Origin: Protoeuglena noctilucae
Lineage: Eukaryota
DNA: 64,000 nt
Direction: 5' to 3'
NCBI GenBank assembly: GCA_958009085.1
Contig: OY253671.1
Span: 930,001-994,000, forward strand
Numbering within the stretch: the first letter of the stretch is position 1; each line of letters opens with the position of its first letter. This document shows positions 1 to 13,500 of this stretch, piece by piece. A model generated the notes under the pieces. It saw nothing but the letters and a program-made list of their open reading frames with translations, did not search any database and had not been told where the DNA came from. Both the position numbers and the translations under genes were made by a program.

Positions 1-1372
1 GGTGCAGAGGGACAGGCCCCCGCTGGGCTTCTCGTTCGCGGCGATCGCCGCCTCGCCGCTGTGCGTGTTGATGACCCACGAGGGGTCGTCCACGAAGTAC
101 AGGCCGCCCCAGCTGCAGTCCCACCAGTTGGGGTTGAGCGTGTCGGCGAAGACCACCTGGGACGTCTCCAGCGTCTGGATCTGCGCCTCGCCGGTCTGTG
201 GTGGAGCGGAGGCGGGCGGAGCTCGGCCCGACCCACCAGGGGTGCAGGGGTGCGGGGGCATTGCAACGTGGGCGTCGACCGTTCCTTGCCTGGGACAGGT
301 CGAGGCCCACGCCGGGCGAGATGCTGACTCCGCAGCAGAAGGACTGCTGGCACCCGAAGGGCGAGGAGAGGCAGGCGGGGTCCCCGAACGTGCTGTTCCT
401 CTGGGAGCACGTCAGCCCGTTCACCGTGACCTGGTCCGCGCTGATGCGACCGAGGGCCTGGGACGAGGACGCGCCGGCGCTCCCGAGGTTGTTGAAGGTA
501 AACGTGAAGGACCGCATCCCTCCCCCGCTGTCGATCACGCCGTTACTGTCCTGCAGGCAGTACATACAGGCCGCGGCCAGTGGTGCCGCGAGTCACGGGC
601 CGGGGCGCGCGCGGGATCTCAAGGAGCAGCTGCACGATTGGCGTTCATCCGCATGCCAACAGGGCCCGGCGCAGCAGCGCGGGAGGCGAGCAGCAGGGCA
701 GCGTGGGGCAGCGCGCACGAGGCAGTCCCCAGCGGCGCCCGGGAGCGTCCGCCGTCCAAAGGTGCGCCTCACCGTGTTCACTGCTCGAACCTGGGACGTC
801 CCCGGGACCGCGAGGGGCAGGGCGCCCTTGAAGTTGGCAATCTCAAGGTCCCCCGCGTCGCGGAACGACCAGACGAGCTGCCAGCCGTCGATGGGCTGCG
901 ACCTGTTGTTTTGGATGGTGAAGAGCGCGAAGAGGCCGCCCAGCAGGTCGCTGTCCGGTAACGGGGACGGCGAGGGGGCGGGCGTGGCCCCGGGCTTGGG
1001 CAGCAGCGCCGTGCTCCCCACCAGGTACGTCACCGAGACCTGCCGCCCGAGGCGCGAGTGCGGGGTCAGGTACTCCATTTGGGATCGCCGGCATGCGCTC
1101 CGGTGCGCGGGCCTTGGCGCGGCGCCAGGGGGACCACCACTCGCCTCGAAGTTCCCGCAGGTGGCGTCCGCCTTCCCCTGGGTCTGCTGCTGGAGGGACC
1201 GTTTATGCCATACATCTCCTCCATCCCCGCGAACGTTGGCGGGCGGGTCGCCCGTGCCCGCGCCCAGGTCCCGCGCGAGGAGCCCGGCACCTTCCCCCGT
1301 CCGCAGGCTCATGAGCACCAGGACCCACAGGACAGCGAAATCCGTGAAGCGCGTCAGCTGTAAACGCCCCAT
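1..1372 (-). CDS. Secreted carbohydrate-binding protein (CBM2/COBRA-like module followed by a second Trp-rich CBM-like module); 3' end runs off the window
   Basis: ATG at 1372. Signal-peptide-like N-terminus (FAVLWVLVLMSL). Spliced across intron 772-551 it reads FTIQNNRSQPIDGWQLVWSF...SFTFTFN...VTVNGLTC, which resembles a CBM2. A later exon gives VVFADTLNPNWWDCSW. GC donor at 289. Confidence 0.6.
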
Positions 1373-1843
1373 GGCTTCCCCCAGCAAGCGCCCGTCCCCA
1401 TCGGTGCCCAGGCCACGCTCGGGGATGGCGCGACGCAGCCCTGGTGCGCACAGCTCCCGCTTGCGTCCCCGGAAATGACCGCACGATCAACCACTGCGCG
1501 CCGGAGGGATCCGCGCAAGCTTGATTTCGGCGTCAGCTGCTGTCAGACTTCCAGCTCGCCCTCGAAAGCAGGCAGAGGGCGCCTGACGCTCCCATAGATT
1601 CGCTGTCGTCGGTCACAGCCCGCGAGAAATCCCCGCCGCTGCGAATCTCGCTTCGCTGCCCGCTCGACACCGCGCGTGTGCATCGCTCGAGCGGCAAGCC
1701 CGCGTACCTGCCGCCGGCTGTTGTGAGCTCCCTGCAGTGCTTTTGATCAGCACAGCCCGAGCTGCACCGCAATTGCCTCGGAGGAGCGGGGCCCGGGGGG
1801 AGCACGGGCCGCAGTGTCCGGCTCGCGGCCGCCGGAGCAGACG

Positions 1844-3794
1844 ATGGAGAAGGAGAAGACCCAGTTAGTCTACAGAAGCTTAGATGTGGACCATGGGCAC
1901 CACGCGACGCACCAGCCGGGGTTCTGGGAGGTGGTCCGGGACTTCTTCCCGGCGGGAGACGACCTGAAGGATCGCAAGTGGTGGAAGACCAAGCTGATCA
2001 AGCACTTCCTCCCACTCGGTCTCATCATCGCCCTCGTATGGGGGCTGGCGTGGTGAGCGCGCGCCCCACGAAGTTCCTCGTCCCGCGGCCCTTGGCGCAC
2101 CTGCGGCTGGCGCGCCGCGCGGCCGAAACTCGATGGCCTTCGCCGGCGCGGGAGGTGGAAGCCGACGCGCGTTTTCGCCTCCGCAGGCCCACGCCCGGCG
2201 CCTTCCTGGGCGGCCTGAAGAGCGGGAGCTGGGAAATTATCTCGACGATCAACATCTCGCTCATCTTCTTCCTGCAAGGCGTTAGCCTCAAGACGGACGA
2301 GATGAAAGCGGCGCTGAAAGCGGTCAAGGCGCGTGGCTGCCGCGGAGGCCCGCCGCTGCCCGAGAGAGGGCGTGCCTCACATTGCGTCCGGGCCCCTCCC
2401 GCCCGCCCGCAGGCGCTTTCGTACGCGGTCGTCGCCATCCTCGGCATCACGGCGTGCTACGGCTTCATCCTCTTCAACATCCCCTTCCGACCCGACGAGT
2501 TCCGCTACGGTGCTGCGTTATTCTGCGTGGTGCCCACCACGCTCACGTCAGGCGTCCTCCTGGCGAGCGGGCGCCCGCGCCAGGCTTCTCCCGCCTCTGT
2601 CTGCGCGCGACGCAGTGCCATCGACCGTCTCCCTGCCCCTGCACCGCAGGTGACCCAGGCTGGGGGCAACAGCACGCTCGCGCTGATGCTGACGGCCGGC
2701 ACCAACATCCTCGGGGTGGTGACGAGCCCCTTCTTCCTCAAGGCCGTCATCTCGTCCAGGGGCGTCGCCGCCAACGCCACCCTCAACCCCGTCAACCTCC
2801 TCGTCAAGCTCCTCATCACGGTCCTCGCGCCCTGCATGGCGGGCAAGGTGCTCCGGGAGCTGTCCAAGGCCGTCCAGGAGCTGGTGAAGAAGCACAAGAC
2901 CGCCGTCAGCCTCACCACGAACTTCCTCCTCATCATGATCGTCTGGATGCAAGTCTCCAAGGTGAGAACTGGGAGGGAGGACCACGGCGGGCATCGCAAC
3001 TCGCCCCGGTGGCTTGCGAGAGTCTGTCCTGACGCTGACAGGAGATCTGATTAATTGGACAGTTGGCCTTCAATGATCTATTGCCCATGGCAACCCGCCC
3101 CTGCAGGCCCAGCCCAAGTTCCTCTCCATCCCCGGCGCCCACATCGTTGAAGCCATCGCGGCCATGGTGGGGCTCCATCTGGCCTACCTCACGCAAAACT
3201 CGATCTGCGCGCGCCTCCTCAAGCTCCCCAAGGTGACTTGCCCAGCACTGCCCACTCTATCCCCGTGCGCGACACCCCTGCGTGCGATGGGGCATGGTGG
3301 CCGATAATCGACGCGCGCTCGCAACCCTTTCCATCGGCCCGCTCGCCGCAGGAGGAGTACCGCTGCGTCGTGATCCTGACGTCGCAAAAGACCCTGCCCG
3401 TGTCCATCACCATCATGTCCTTCCTCCCCGCCAGCCTGGGGCAGAAGGGTCTCATGACCATCCCCGCCATCGTCGGCCACCTCAGCCAGCTCCTCATCGA
3501 CTCTGCCGTCGTCTCCTACTGGGTGCACCAGGCGAGTTGGGTCTCAATCGACGAGCGGGGCGATCGGCCCAAGTCACATGAGCGAAGTGCCCATACCAAG
3601 AGATGGGACCTCTTTGTTTGTCGCAGGATGAGAAGGCATCAGAGGACGGCACGCATGCCGCGTCCGATGAGGAGGATGCGAGGTTACCGGACGGCCACGC
3701 ATCCTCGTCGCAAGACGTGCAGCACGACGACCCGTTGCCGCAAGGCCTGAGGCACCACGAGCCCACCCGGTCCAGCCACCCTTCGCGCGACTAG
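1844..3794 (+). CDS. Bile acid:sodium symporter family (BASS4/SLC10A7-like) sodium/metabolite cotransporter, multi-exon
   Basis: Spliced motifs HFLPLGLIIALVWGLAW, IFFLQGVSLKTDE, PTTLTSGVLL|VTQAGGNSTLALMLT, SQKTLPVSITI and HLSQLLIDS match the SBF-like family. Three GC-AG introns (donors 2329, 2563, 3532). Confidence 0.9.
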
Positions 3795-3977
3795 CACACC
3801 CACGTTCCCCTCACTGCGGCCCCTCTCCTCTCCATCACAGCAGCAAGGCGTGGTCATGGAGAGGTTTTTCCTTCGCATTCACACGGACCAGCATTCGCTG
3901 GGAATACTCGGTTTGAACCAGACCATACGCACATCGTCTCGGTTGCCCACTGCAGCAGCCATGGGGCAGCCGCTGCG

Positions 3978-6821
3978 CTAGGGTCGGCTGGTGGCTGCGG
4001 ATGCCGCCGCTTTCACACGACGATCCATGAGCTCCTCGAGCCCCTCAGACGCACTCGTGCGCAGCACGTCCTCGTGTGCGAGCGCTGCGCCCATCACACC
4101 GCCTCCCCCAGAACCCCCTGCAGCCCCTGCCGTGGCCCCCGCAGCGTCCTCCGCAGGTCCCTCTTGGGGAGCATCTGACTCGCCCATCCCCTCCACATCC
4201 TCGTCGCTTGCATAGTCCTCCTCCGCCTCACTGCGACCCTCGTCACCCGCCTCTGCCTCCTCTTGCCCCTCTCGCTCAGCGTACCCACGCCCGTCATGCA
4301 CGCCGACGGCGTCGTCGCCTTTGCCCACCAATGCCGGCCCTCGCGTGTCGCCCTGGGGCTGAGACTGGCCCTGAGACCGGCCCCGAGAACCCAGGAGGTA
4401 GCCGCTGCTGCCGTCGTGCACCCGCCCCTCCTTGACCAGCGCCCCGGAGCTCTGCCTCGCCCGGCCCCACGTGCCGCTCCCATCGGCAAACGAAGCCTCC
4501 GAGGGGGCATGGGCGCCCGGGCTCGCCCGGCCCCGGCCCCCCAGGCTGCCCTCGCTGCTCCGGCGGTCCATGCGTTCCCGGAAGGAGGGCCCCTGCAGGG
4601 CCGACCCCTGCCTGGCCCGCCACCCCGCCCCTGGCTCTTCGTCGTAGTCCCCGTACTCCTCCTCCGCCCCCGCCGCCCCATCATCGTCGTTCTGGAGCAC
4701 CACGCCCTCGTCCAGGCCACCGCTGCGGTCCCGGGCATTGTCCTCGCCCCGGCTGCGGCGCACGTACTCCAGTTGGGCAAAGGAGGGGGCCGGCGGAGGC
4801 ACGGCGGGAGGCCCTGCGTGGGGACGAGGCACTGGAGCTGGTCACAATGGCCTGGCTGTGAAGAGGGCCCATGAAAAGGTGCGCTGTCGGCTGCATACGA
4901 GGGAACTCTCACCAGGCGTATAGGCGCCCTCATCGCCGTCCCCCATGCCTGGCAGGCGGGGCGAGATGGCAGGGTCGGGTGCCAGGTCCCCCGACACCTC
5001 GCCCCTCACGACATGGGTCGTGTAAGGGGACTCGGAGGACTGCCGCGTGAGGCTGGGACCGGGCAGCAGGCCCCAGTTGGGGTCCTCAAGGCCATGCAGC
5101 CCGCGGGACTTGCCGCGGGAGAACTGCGGACAAGACCAGGGTTCTACCGCATGACATGCAACCAGGCGGGGCCGGTTTGGGACGGGAGCCAACGCAACGC
5201 TCGTGCGAGCTCAGGCAACAATGCTCCCTCGCCTTTGCCGCCGTGATGTCTGTCTCCTCGTCGTCGACCTGGCTGCCCTCCCCGTACGACGCGGACGTGC
5301 CGTTGGCGCCGAAGATGGCACGCACCTCGTTGGTGCGCTGCGAGCGCTTGCGGCGCTCGACGCCGATCTCTGCCTTCCTCTGCGGGGCATCAAAGGGCAG
5401 GTGGGCGACGTGCAGCGGGCCACGGCGCATCTCCGTAACGCAGTGCCGCGAGCAGGGATGCTGCCCGCACCTGGGCCTCGCGCTTGTTCTTGTCTTCCTC
5501 CTCCATGCTCGCCAAGAGCTCGCGCTGCTTGTCGGCGTCGATGGCCGGCCGGAAGACCTCGCGCACCACCTGCCCGTACGCCTGTCGCCGCTTGATGCGG
5601 GCCAGCTTCTCCTGCCTCTCGCGCTCCTCCTCCTCCTGCCTCCGCCGGGCCTCGTCCTCCAGCCTCTTGGCGAACTTGCTCTTGTACTGCACCCCTATGG
5701 ACGCGACGCTCCCCGAGACGGACGTCTGCGCGGCCCGCGCCTTCTCCTCTCGCTCCTTCTCACGCTGCACCTTCTGCTCGGCCTTGCGCAGCAGATACTG
5801 CTGCTCGTGCGCCTGCGTGAGTCACCAAAAGACCGATGAGTCGAGACCCTACTCCTGGCAGCATGCAGACATCTGCAACGCCTGTGGGCCGTGGTCAGCG
5901 AGCCCAGCCACGCTGCCGCGAGGCGCGTCGCACCTGCACCATCTCCCACGAGCGGACCCGCTCCTCGAAGCGGCTGGGGCTCGTCTTGCTGTGGCCGTCA
6001 CTGTCTCGCGCCCGACGCTCCGCTGCGCGCTGCTTGATCCGCCACTCCATCAGCCGCTTGCGGTCTTCCGCGTTGCCCGCCAGCTGCCGCTCCCTCTCGG
6101 CCTTGCGCTCCTCGATCTGGGCCATGCGCTGCGCCATCTCCTCCCTCCGCCGCGCGTCTCTCTCAGACGCCTTCTCTCGCAGACGGTTCTCCCTCGCAGC
6201 GAGCGCCATCTCCAGCTGCTGCAGCCGACTCTGCTCCGCCACCTCCCGCTCGGCCCGACGCTTGTCCATCTCGAGCCTCAGCGCCGCGTTACGGCGCACC
6301 GCCGTCCGGTGGTCAAAGCTCGACGCCCAGTTCGCTGCTGCAGAGGCCAGGGAGCCCCCGCCGCGCCTGACCGCCTCGCCGTCGACGTCAAGGACGGACC
6401 GGACCGGCACAACGAACCCACCCGGCGAGTTTGACGAGCCGGCCGGGGACGTCTCCGGTGGCACGATGTGCCGGACGGGTCTGAGTCGCACAAAGACTGT
6501 GAGGAATGCGATGGAGCGCGGGCTAGAGGACGCATGGCGACGCGCAGGCGCAACAGGTGTGGCCTCACCGCACGTCGCTGATGACCGCCCGCCTCGGCGC
6601 ACCCTTGGTGCCATTCTTGACGGGAGGGAGGTCTTTGAGCTCCTTTTTCGCTGCTGGTTCCGCGTACGAACTGCAGCGGCGGCCAGGTTGCAACGCGGGT
6701 TTGGCAAGGTCTCGCGCAGGGCAAGGGTCTCCTGGTGGCTCCGCGGCCGGACTGCTCACCTCGTGACAACCACGCCGTCATAGGATGCCTCCTGTGACAT
6801 TGTGGGGATTTCCGGAGCCAT
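3978..6821 (-). CDS. Hypothetical coiled-coil protein with acidic low-complexity C-terminus, about 7 exons
   Basis: ATG at 6821. Exons join with GT/GC-AG sites into a long E/R/K-rich helical region (LEMDKRRAEREVAEQ...; YKSKFAKRLEDEARRRQEEEERE...YGQVVREVFRPAID). Stop at 3978. Family not recognised. Confidence 0.65.
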
Positions 6822-7555
6822 TTTATGCTGACTTCGGGGCCCTAAAATGCGGAAACAGTGAAGGTCATGAGCCGCGGAACCCGCCCAGCCACTGCGTCCA
6901 GACAACTGCACTGCGTGTAAAGACAAGCAAGTAGGTAAGAAGAACGGGCTTACATTCCACTCCGCTGGGCTGGAAAGATCTGTTAGGGCTGCCTGCATGC
7001 ACGAGACGGTGCATGCGTCCCAGGACGTCCGGGGCGTATCCAGGGCATGCGGAACCGACCTGGAGGCTCGAGAGCTGTTGTGGTTTCGTCCGCGGCAGCT
7101 GACACACACGTGCGTGGCCTGGGGACGTGGCGCACTAGGCACGAGGTCTATGCTCGCAGAGTTCATTCAGCAAAGATGCTTAGGATATATCGGTGCAAGC
7201 AGCGGGTGCCGTGCTGCAGTTCTTGCTCGCACAGACCTGACAGGGGCGCGCGCCGTAAGTCTCAGTCTGTCGCCCGCTTCCGGTCCTGGGCCGGCGTCCC
7301 ACGCGGTATTCTTCGCACCTCAACCAAAACGAATATGCCCGCGTGCCGGCGCGCGGGAGCCTTTATCTTGCGGATGCACAGCCTGTAATGGGATGTGCGC
7401 GTGCACAATGCATGCTCGTGACAACGCATACGTAAACGGGCGGCTTAGCGAGGACGTGGTGCCTTGACAGGTGACAGCGCGCAGTGACGGGGGACTGCCA
7501 GGCTCGCGCTCAGCTCGAGAGCAAAGAGGAGGGTTGCGTGGTGCAGGTGGCCAAA

Positions 7556-10500
7556 ATGGGGCCCATGCGCGACGTCCTCAAACTGGGGACGGACGTAGCA
7601 GGAGAGGATGGCCACGATGTGGGCCTCCTGGGCCGTCAGCTCTTCCCCAACCAGCCCGAATGGCTTGCCTTTGGCAATCCGCTGACCAAAATTGCCGACG
7701 GTGGCGCCTCTACAATCATCGGAACGCTGGGAGACCCCGCTCCGGACCTGAAGACGCGCATGGCGCACAAGTGGGTGGTCGTGGCGTGCGACACGTCCTC
7801 GGACGGGCGCGTCGTCGCGGCCCTCGTAAGGTACGTCACTCTCTGCCGAAAGCTGCCGCTGCGGCTCGCGTCCTCGTCCCAGCTCACCGCCAAAGTCGCT
7901 CAATCTCTGGCAGGGAGACCGCTCCATTCCGGCCGGGAGCCTCCCTCCGCCAGCAGCTGGTCATTTGCGACTCGTGGGCCGGGTCCGCCAACCGCACGGT
8001 GCTTCTCCGCAATGAGACAGAGATATCGGGCCTCTCGCTCTCGTTCGCGGGCGACTGGTTCGTGGGCGTGATTCACAAGGGCGATCCCGAGGACGTGAAG
8101 GCCTGGAGCAGTCGGGTGAGCGCCACGGGCGAGCCCATGACATGGCTTGGTACGGAGACGTGGGGTCGTAAACACCTGCTTTGCGCCCCTTTGATTCTGT
8201 CGCAGTCGGGTGACGAGCTCGGCATGGCCATCCAGGACGCGATGGGGAGCGTGTTTGAGGAGCTGGCTAAGGAAGGCTTTGACGCCGTCGTGCACAGCGT
8301 GGCGTGGTCGCCCGTCGAGGATCGCATGGTCGTGGCGCTCCTCTGCCTGGACACCGAGGGCGTCCGGAAGATCGCCCTGGTGTCCGGTGGGTGTCTGCCC
8401 CATGCCTTGCGCCTGTCGCTGCCAGCAGCCAGCCGACAGAGCCTCTCCTCTGACGAACGCGCCCCGTCCCGTCGCAGTCGTCGTGCACCAGGCGTGGGCG
8501 CGACCGCGGGTGCGGGGCCAGGACCGCCGGGCTTCCCAGTTCGACGGAGACATGGGCAGCAACCGCGACCTCCGCCGCGATCCCCCTGGGGAGTCAGCGG
8601 CCAAGCCCGTGCGCGCCGCAACGATGCGGAGGCCCACGGCCGCCGGGGACGCGACTCCGAAGCGGAGCAAGGTCGTGCCGGAGGGCGGGGACCCCGGATG
8701 GGAGCTGGACTGGGTGCAGGAGTGCGCGGTGGTGTCGGGAGGGGAGCCGCCTCAGCCGGACGACATCGACTTCAAGGTGAGGACCGGCACATACGTCAAT
8801 GCCTGTTCCGAGTGGCACCGTGAATCGCAACGTGACGTAGCCTTGTTCTGTACACGCAGGTCCAGTTCAACGGCAAGGGCACGCTCTTGGCCACGAGCAA
8901 GGGCTCCATCATCGATGCGGCCTCGGGGGGCGAGCTCTACGACCTGGCTCTGCGTGGCCGCAACTCCATCACGTCGATCAACCACTGGCGAGAGGGCCTC
9001 ATCGCCGAGCAGGAGATCTGCTTCAGCCCTTGCGGCCGCTTCTTCTTGCAGACCGGCACGGCCGGCTACGGAGGTGACGGGGCTCTCGCTTGCGTGCGGG
9101 CTCCCTCGCGAGGCCCTTGTCGCTGCGCTGTTGACCCTGGCTCCTCCCTCCACTGTCACAGTTGCTGCCGGCACGTTCGCGCTCGTGACAGTGTGGGACC
9201 TGGAGGCCGTGGCTGGGCCGGAGAACATGGGGGCGATTCAAATCCACCATGACGACTGGCTGGTCCTGACGCGGGCGCGGGGTCGGGCGCTGGTGACGAG
9301 CAAGGGCGCCGTAATTTTGCTGGTCACGACCGACACCGGCACGCACGTGATGGTGTGGGGCATGGAGACGCTCAAGCGGCGCATCGAATTCAAGGACGTC
9401 GGGTCCACCATCCTCCCCACCAACTCCTTCCCTCTCCCGGAGCAGCCCGTGATGACGCCCGACGGCGTGCCCTGCGCCTACTTGCACCAAAACGACCAGG
9501 TGCAGGGACCATGGGAACAGGAAGCAGCGATGAATGACACGCGCGGCCTTTGCAGATGACATCTTGGCTTTACGGCCTATCTGCTTCAGATAGATGACGT
9601 CGTGACCTGTCAGCTGTGTCTGTGGTCGTGATTGGTGTCCCCTCGCATCGCCGCAGCCCGTCGTGGAGATATGGTCGCGGGACGGGAGGGCCCTCCGCAC
9701 GAGCCTGTGGCGGCTGGACTGGCTGACGGGCCTGTGGAGCAAGGTCGCGACGCGCGTGGTGGCGAGTGCATCTGGCGGCGGCTCCGACGGCGCGCAAGGC
9801 ACGGGCGAGGACAAGCCCGGCGCATCCGCGACGGAGCATTCCCTCAAAGCAAGCGCGCCTGGCGCGATTCGCAGCCGCCTCCGCCCCGAGGCGCCCACGG
9901 CGGCCGAGGCGCTCCAGATAGACCCAGAGAGGGCCCACCGCGCCATCACCCGGGTGGTCAGCGTGGGCAAGAGTCGCTTCGCGGTGTTCTGCGCCGGCGG
10001 CTCCGACCTGGGCCTCGCCTTCGTCACGAGAGGCGTGCCCCTGGTCGAGGTCTTGGGAAGGGATGCTGTCCACGCCGCCATCCTCAAGTCCACGCTCGCC
10101 ATGACGGTCCTGGCAGGTGCATGTTGCTTGAGACCTGCTCCGAGGTGCCAGCGCCGCTCTGTCTGGACATCTTGTGTTGCAGGCGGCATGCGACAGCCCC
10201 GGCACCGGCACCGCTTGCCCGCAGTGACGCTCGAGCGTCCCCCGATCGACACGCCGTCGTCGGCCAAGGTCAACAAGAAGAAGAGCCAGCCGCAGGGGCA
10301 GAGCGGACAGAGGAAGGCTCTGTTCGGGTCCCGGCGGCCCGGGCGCACTGCAGAGCGGGTGCTGCACCCTTCGGGGTCGGGGTCTGGCGACCACAGCGAG
10401 GGCGCGTCCCTGGTGAAGCAGAGCACGGCGGGGTCCTCGCTGTCGGGTCCGAGCACGATCAGCGCGCTCCACTTCCCGGGGCTGGCGCAGTCCTCGAGCA

Positions 10501-13500
10501 TCGGCCACAGCAGCGACTCGGCCGGGGCGCAGATCTACAAGATCCGCGGGAGGGACTGCGACGCCCTCCTGCGCGCCACGGGGTTCGAGGTCAGTCAAAG
10601 TCATCGGGGCTGTCATGAGGGCGTGCGAAGTGACTGGGGTGGTTACTGAGGCGTGCAAAGTCAGTCACTAAGCGCATCGCTTCCCGGTCGTCACGTCCGA
10701 GCTATCCAATATACTGAGCCTTCCACACCTCGCTTCCCCCCGCAGGTGGTCGTGGTGGACCTGCTGATGCGCAGCAAGCGCACGATCTTCTGCGTCGCTG
10801 ACCTGGACCCGGCAGCCGAGGCCATCCTGGCCACGGAGCCCTCCAGCGGCGCAGGGAAGGCCGGGGCGGGCAAGGCGGACGCCGGGAAGGCCAGCCGGGA
10901 GCCCAGCGCCTGGAATACGACGAGTGGGGAGACGGCAGCTGGCTCCTCGGCATCCACGTCGACTGCCCCTGCGTCCCAAGGGCCCACCGCCCGGGCGGCC
11001 CCCTCGAACGCGGCCGGGCCCTACAAGTGAGCGCGCGCGAGCGCAGCACGTCTGCTCGAACGGGGCACAATGACAGCGTCTCCTTGCGCTTATAATAGCC
11101 ACCTGCCATGGGTGCTTGGGGGCCGCTTCAAATGCCCGCCTCGTCTCTGCGATGCGCGCAGCTTCCCGTACGTTCCCTACACGCTCGTGCCCGACGGCAA
11201 GTTCGGCGCATTCAAGCCGGGTCATACCCTGGGCCGCGTCGTTGAAGTGGGCATGTCCGCGGACGCCTCGATGCTGGCCATCACCCACTGGCTGCCCCAC
11301 GTGGTCGCGGCGGGCTACGAGGACGAGGTCGTTAACCTGACCATCGAGGTGAGACAGATGGGAAGCACGGCGTACCCTAGTCAGCCCACGCACGCGATGC
11401 GCGTCCTTGCGGGCACGACACGAGAGACACCATAACTCAGCGAGCTGCCCCAAAGATGACTAATTTAATCACACATCTATTCTCCTCGCTTCCCAGACGG
11501 TCTTCGTGCGCACGGAGGACGGCGGGTACCGCCCCACGGCCAGCGGCGCCCCGGACCTGCGCCGACTGAACGTGCGGGCGTCCCAGCCCTTTGAGATCGA
11601 AGTGCAGCCGCGGAAGGGGCCGACCACGCTGTCGGGGAAGGTCTTCGACCCGGCCAAGACCCGGCTGGCCGTGTTTGGCGTCAGCAGCCTGATCCACAAC
11701 GTCGTCGACTTTGAGTCCCGGCAGGACGTCCCGTGGGTGCAGCTGCAGGTGTTCGACGTGTCAGGAGCGGCTGCGGATGTCCTCGACCTCTCCACGGGCG
11801 TTGCAGAGACAGTACCCGGGGCCACCGGCCTCAAGCGTATGCGTGCCCTGCACACACGCATACGCGCGGGCGCGTCGCACAACATATCGGCGGCCTTCAA
11901 CGTCGACTCGACCCTCCTCGTCATCGCCGGGTACGACTGGGTCGAGACGGTCAGGCGAGCGGGGCGGCGCACGGCCGCCTGGCTGCGACAGCTCCCGACG
12001 GCAGCCGCCGTCCTTTCTCTGCGTCTCTGCCAGCCAGGATTGGCATTTCGTTGATCCGCGCCGTGACGCTTCCTCATTCCCGTCCCCGCAGCCTCGACAC
12101 GTGGGCGGCGGAGCGGCGGTTCCACATCGACGCCCTCATCCTGCACCCCGTGGACCAGACCATGTGCCCCAGGGGGCTGCCCCAGGTCTTCGCCTATCGA
12201 AAGAAGGACATCACCGCTCAGATGATCGAGAGGGGCGCGCCGTGGAAGGTCCTGCCGCCGCGGACCGTCGAGGAGCGGCCCCAGGCGCTGGCGCGGGTGA
12301 CGGCTGAGTCGGGCGTCGGGTCGGTGCCAGACTCCGTGCCGGAGTCGTGCCCGCCGTCCCCGCGGAGGGATGGCGCCGGGGGCCCGGCGGAGGCGTGGCC
12401 GGACCCGGCGCTGTCGTCGCGGGCGTCCCAGGAAGACAGTGAGCCGGCGGGCGTGGCGCGTCACGCCCTGGCCGCGCCTACGGCCCTGGCCCCGGCCTTG
12501 CACGCCCGCATGGGCCCGCGGCTCACGTGGGCGGAGAGCGAGGACGCCGACGAGGAAAGGGTCGCCGGTGAGAATCGAAGACCCGACCTGCGCCGCCTTG
12601 GAGGGCGTGACTGCTGAGTTGACGACAGATTGATGCCGAGTATCCACCCATGCATGGCTTGCTGCTGGGCAACCTGGACGGCATGCCTTGACTGGGATGC
12701 GCGTGTGCTCATCGGTGCTGAGATGCCACCTGTCGCAGGGCGGGGCGATGGGGAGAGAGCGGCTCGACTGACGGACCCCCCAGTGATGGGGAGCAGGCAA
12801 GGCGACGAGGCGACAGGGCAGGGAGGCAAGTCTTCTGAGGGCCAGAGGACTGGGCTTAGAGAGCAGAGCAATGACGCCGAAGATCCATCAACGGGACCTC
12901 AGCGTACCGCCACTGTCGTCCCCAACGGCGGTGCCGGTGTCCCCACCGCCGACCACGAGGGCCGCCAGGCGTCGCGTGTGCCCTCTCGGCAGGCGTCTGC
13001 AACAGCTGGGCCACTTGCCAAGGGGCCTCCTGGTCCAGCCCCAATCGTTCGTCGCGACAGAGGCGCGTCGGGCACCCTCCCGCCACTGCCGGGCTCCCTC
13101 AGCGACCGCGCTCTGCTGTTAGACGGTGCCATCGACTCGGCGGGCCCCATGGCTGAGTCTGCTCTCCCTGCGCTCTCTGCGCGTGAGCCCTCAGGCACAG
13201 TGACCCCGTCGGACCGGCGTGGGGCGCTCGGCTCGGCTGGGGAGTCGCTGCTGGGCGACAGGGGGGGCCCCGAGGACGCAGAAGAGTACCTGGGGAGCAC
13301 GTGGGTGGACTCCGACGGGGCCGGGAGCAAGGCCGGCTCGACGCGGGGCCGCAACGCCGGGGCACGGCCGCGGGAGGGGACCGCGCTGTCCGTGTCAATG
13401 TCGGTCGCGCCGCGCCGCACGGCGCACCACTCGGCGCCGGGCATTGCGAACGGCCGGGGCTCGGCGGTGGCTGACGGAGACGGCGCGGGCGCAGCGGGGG

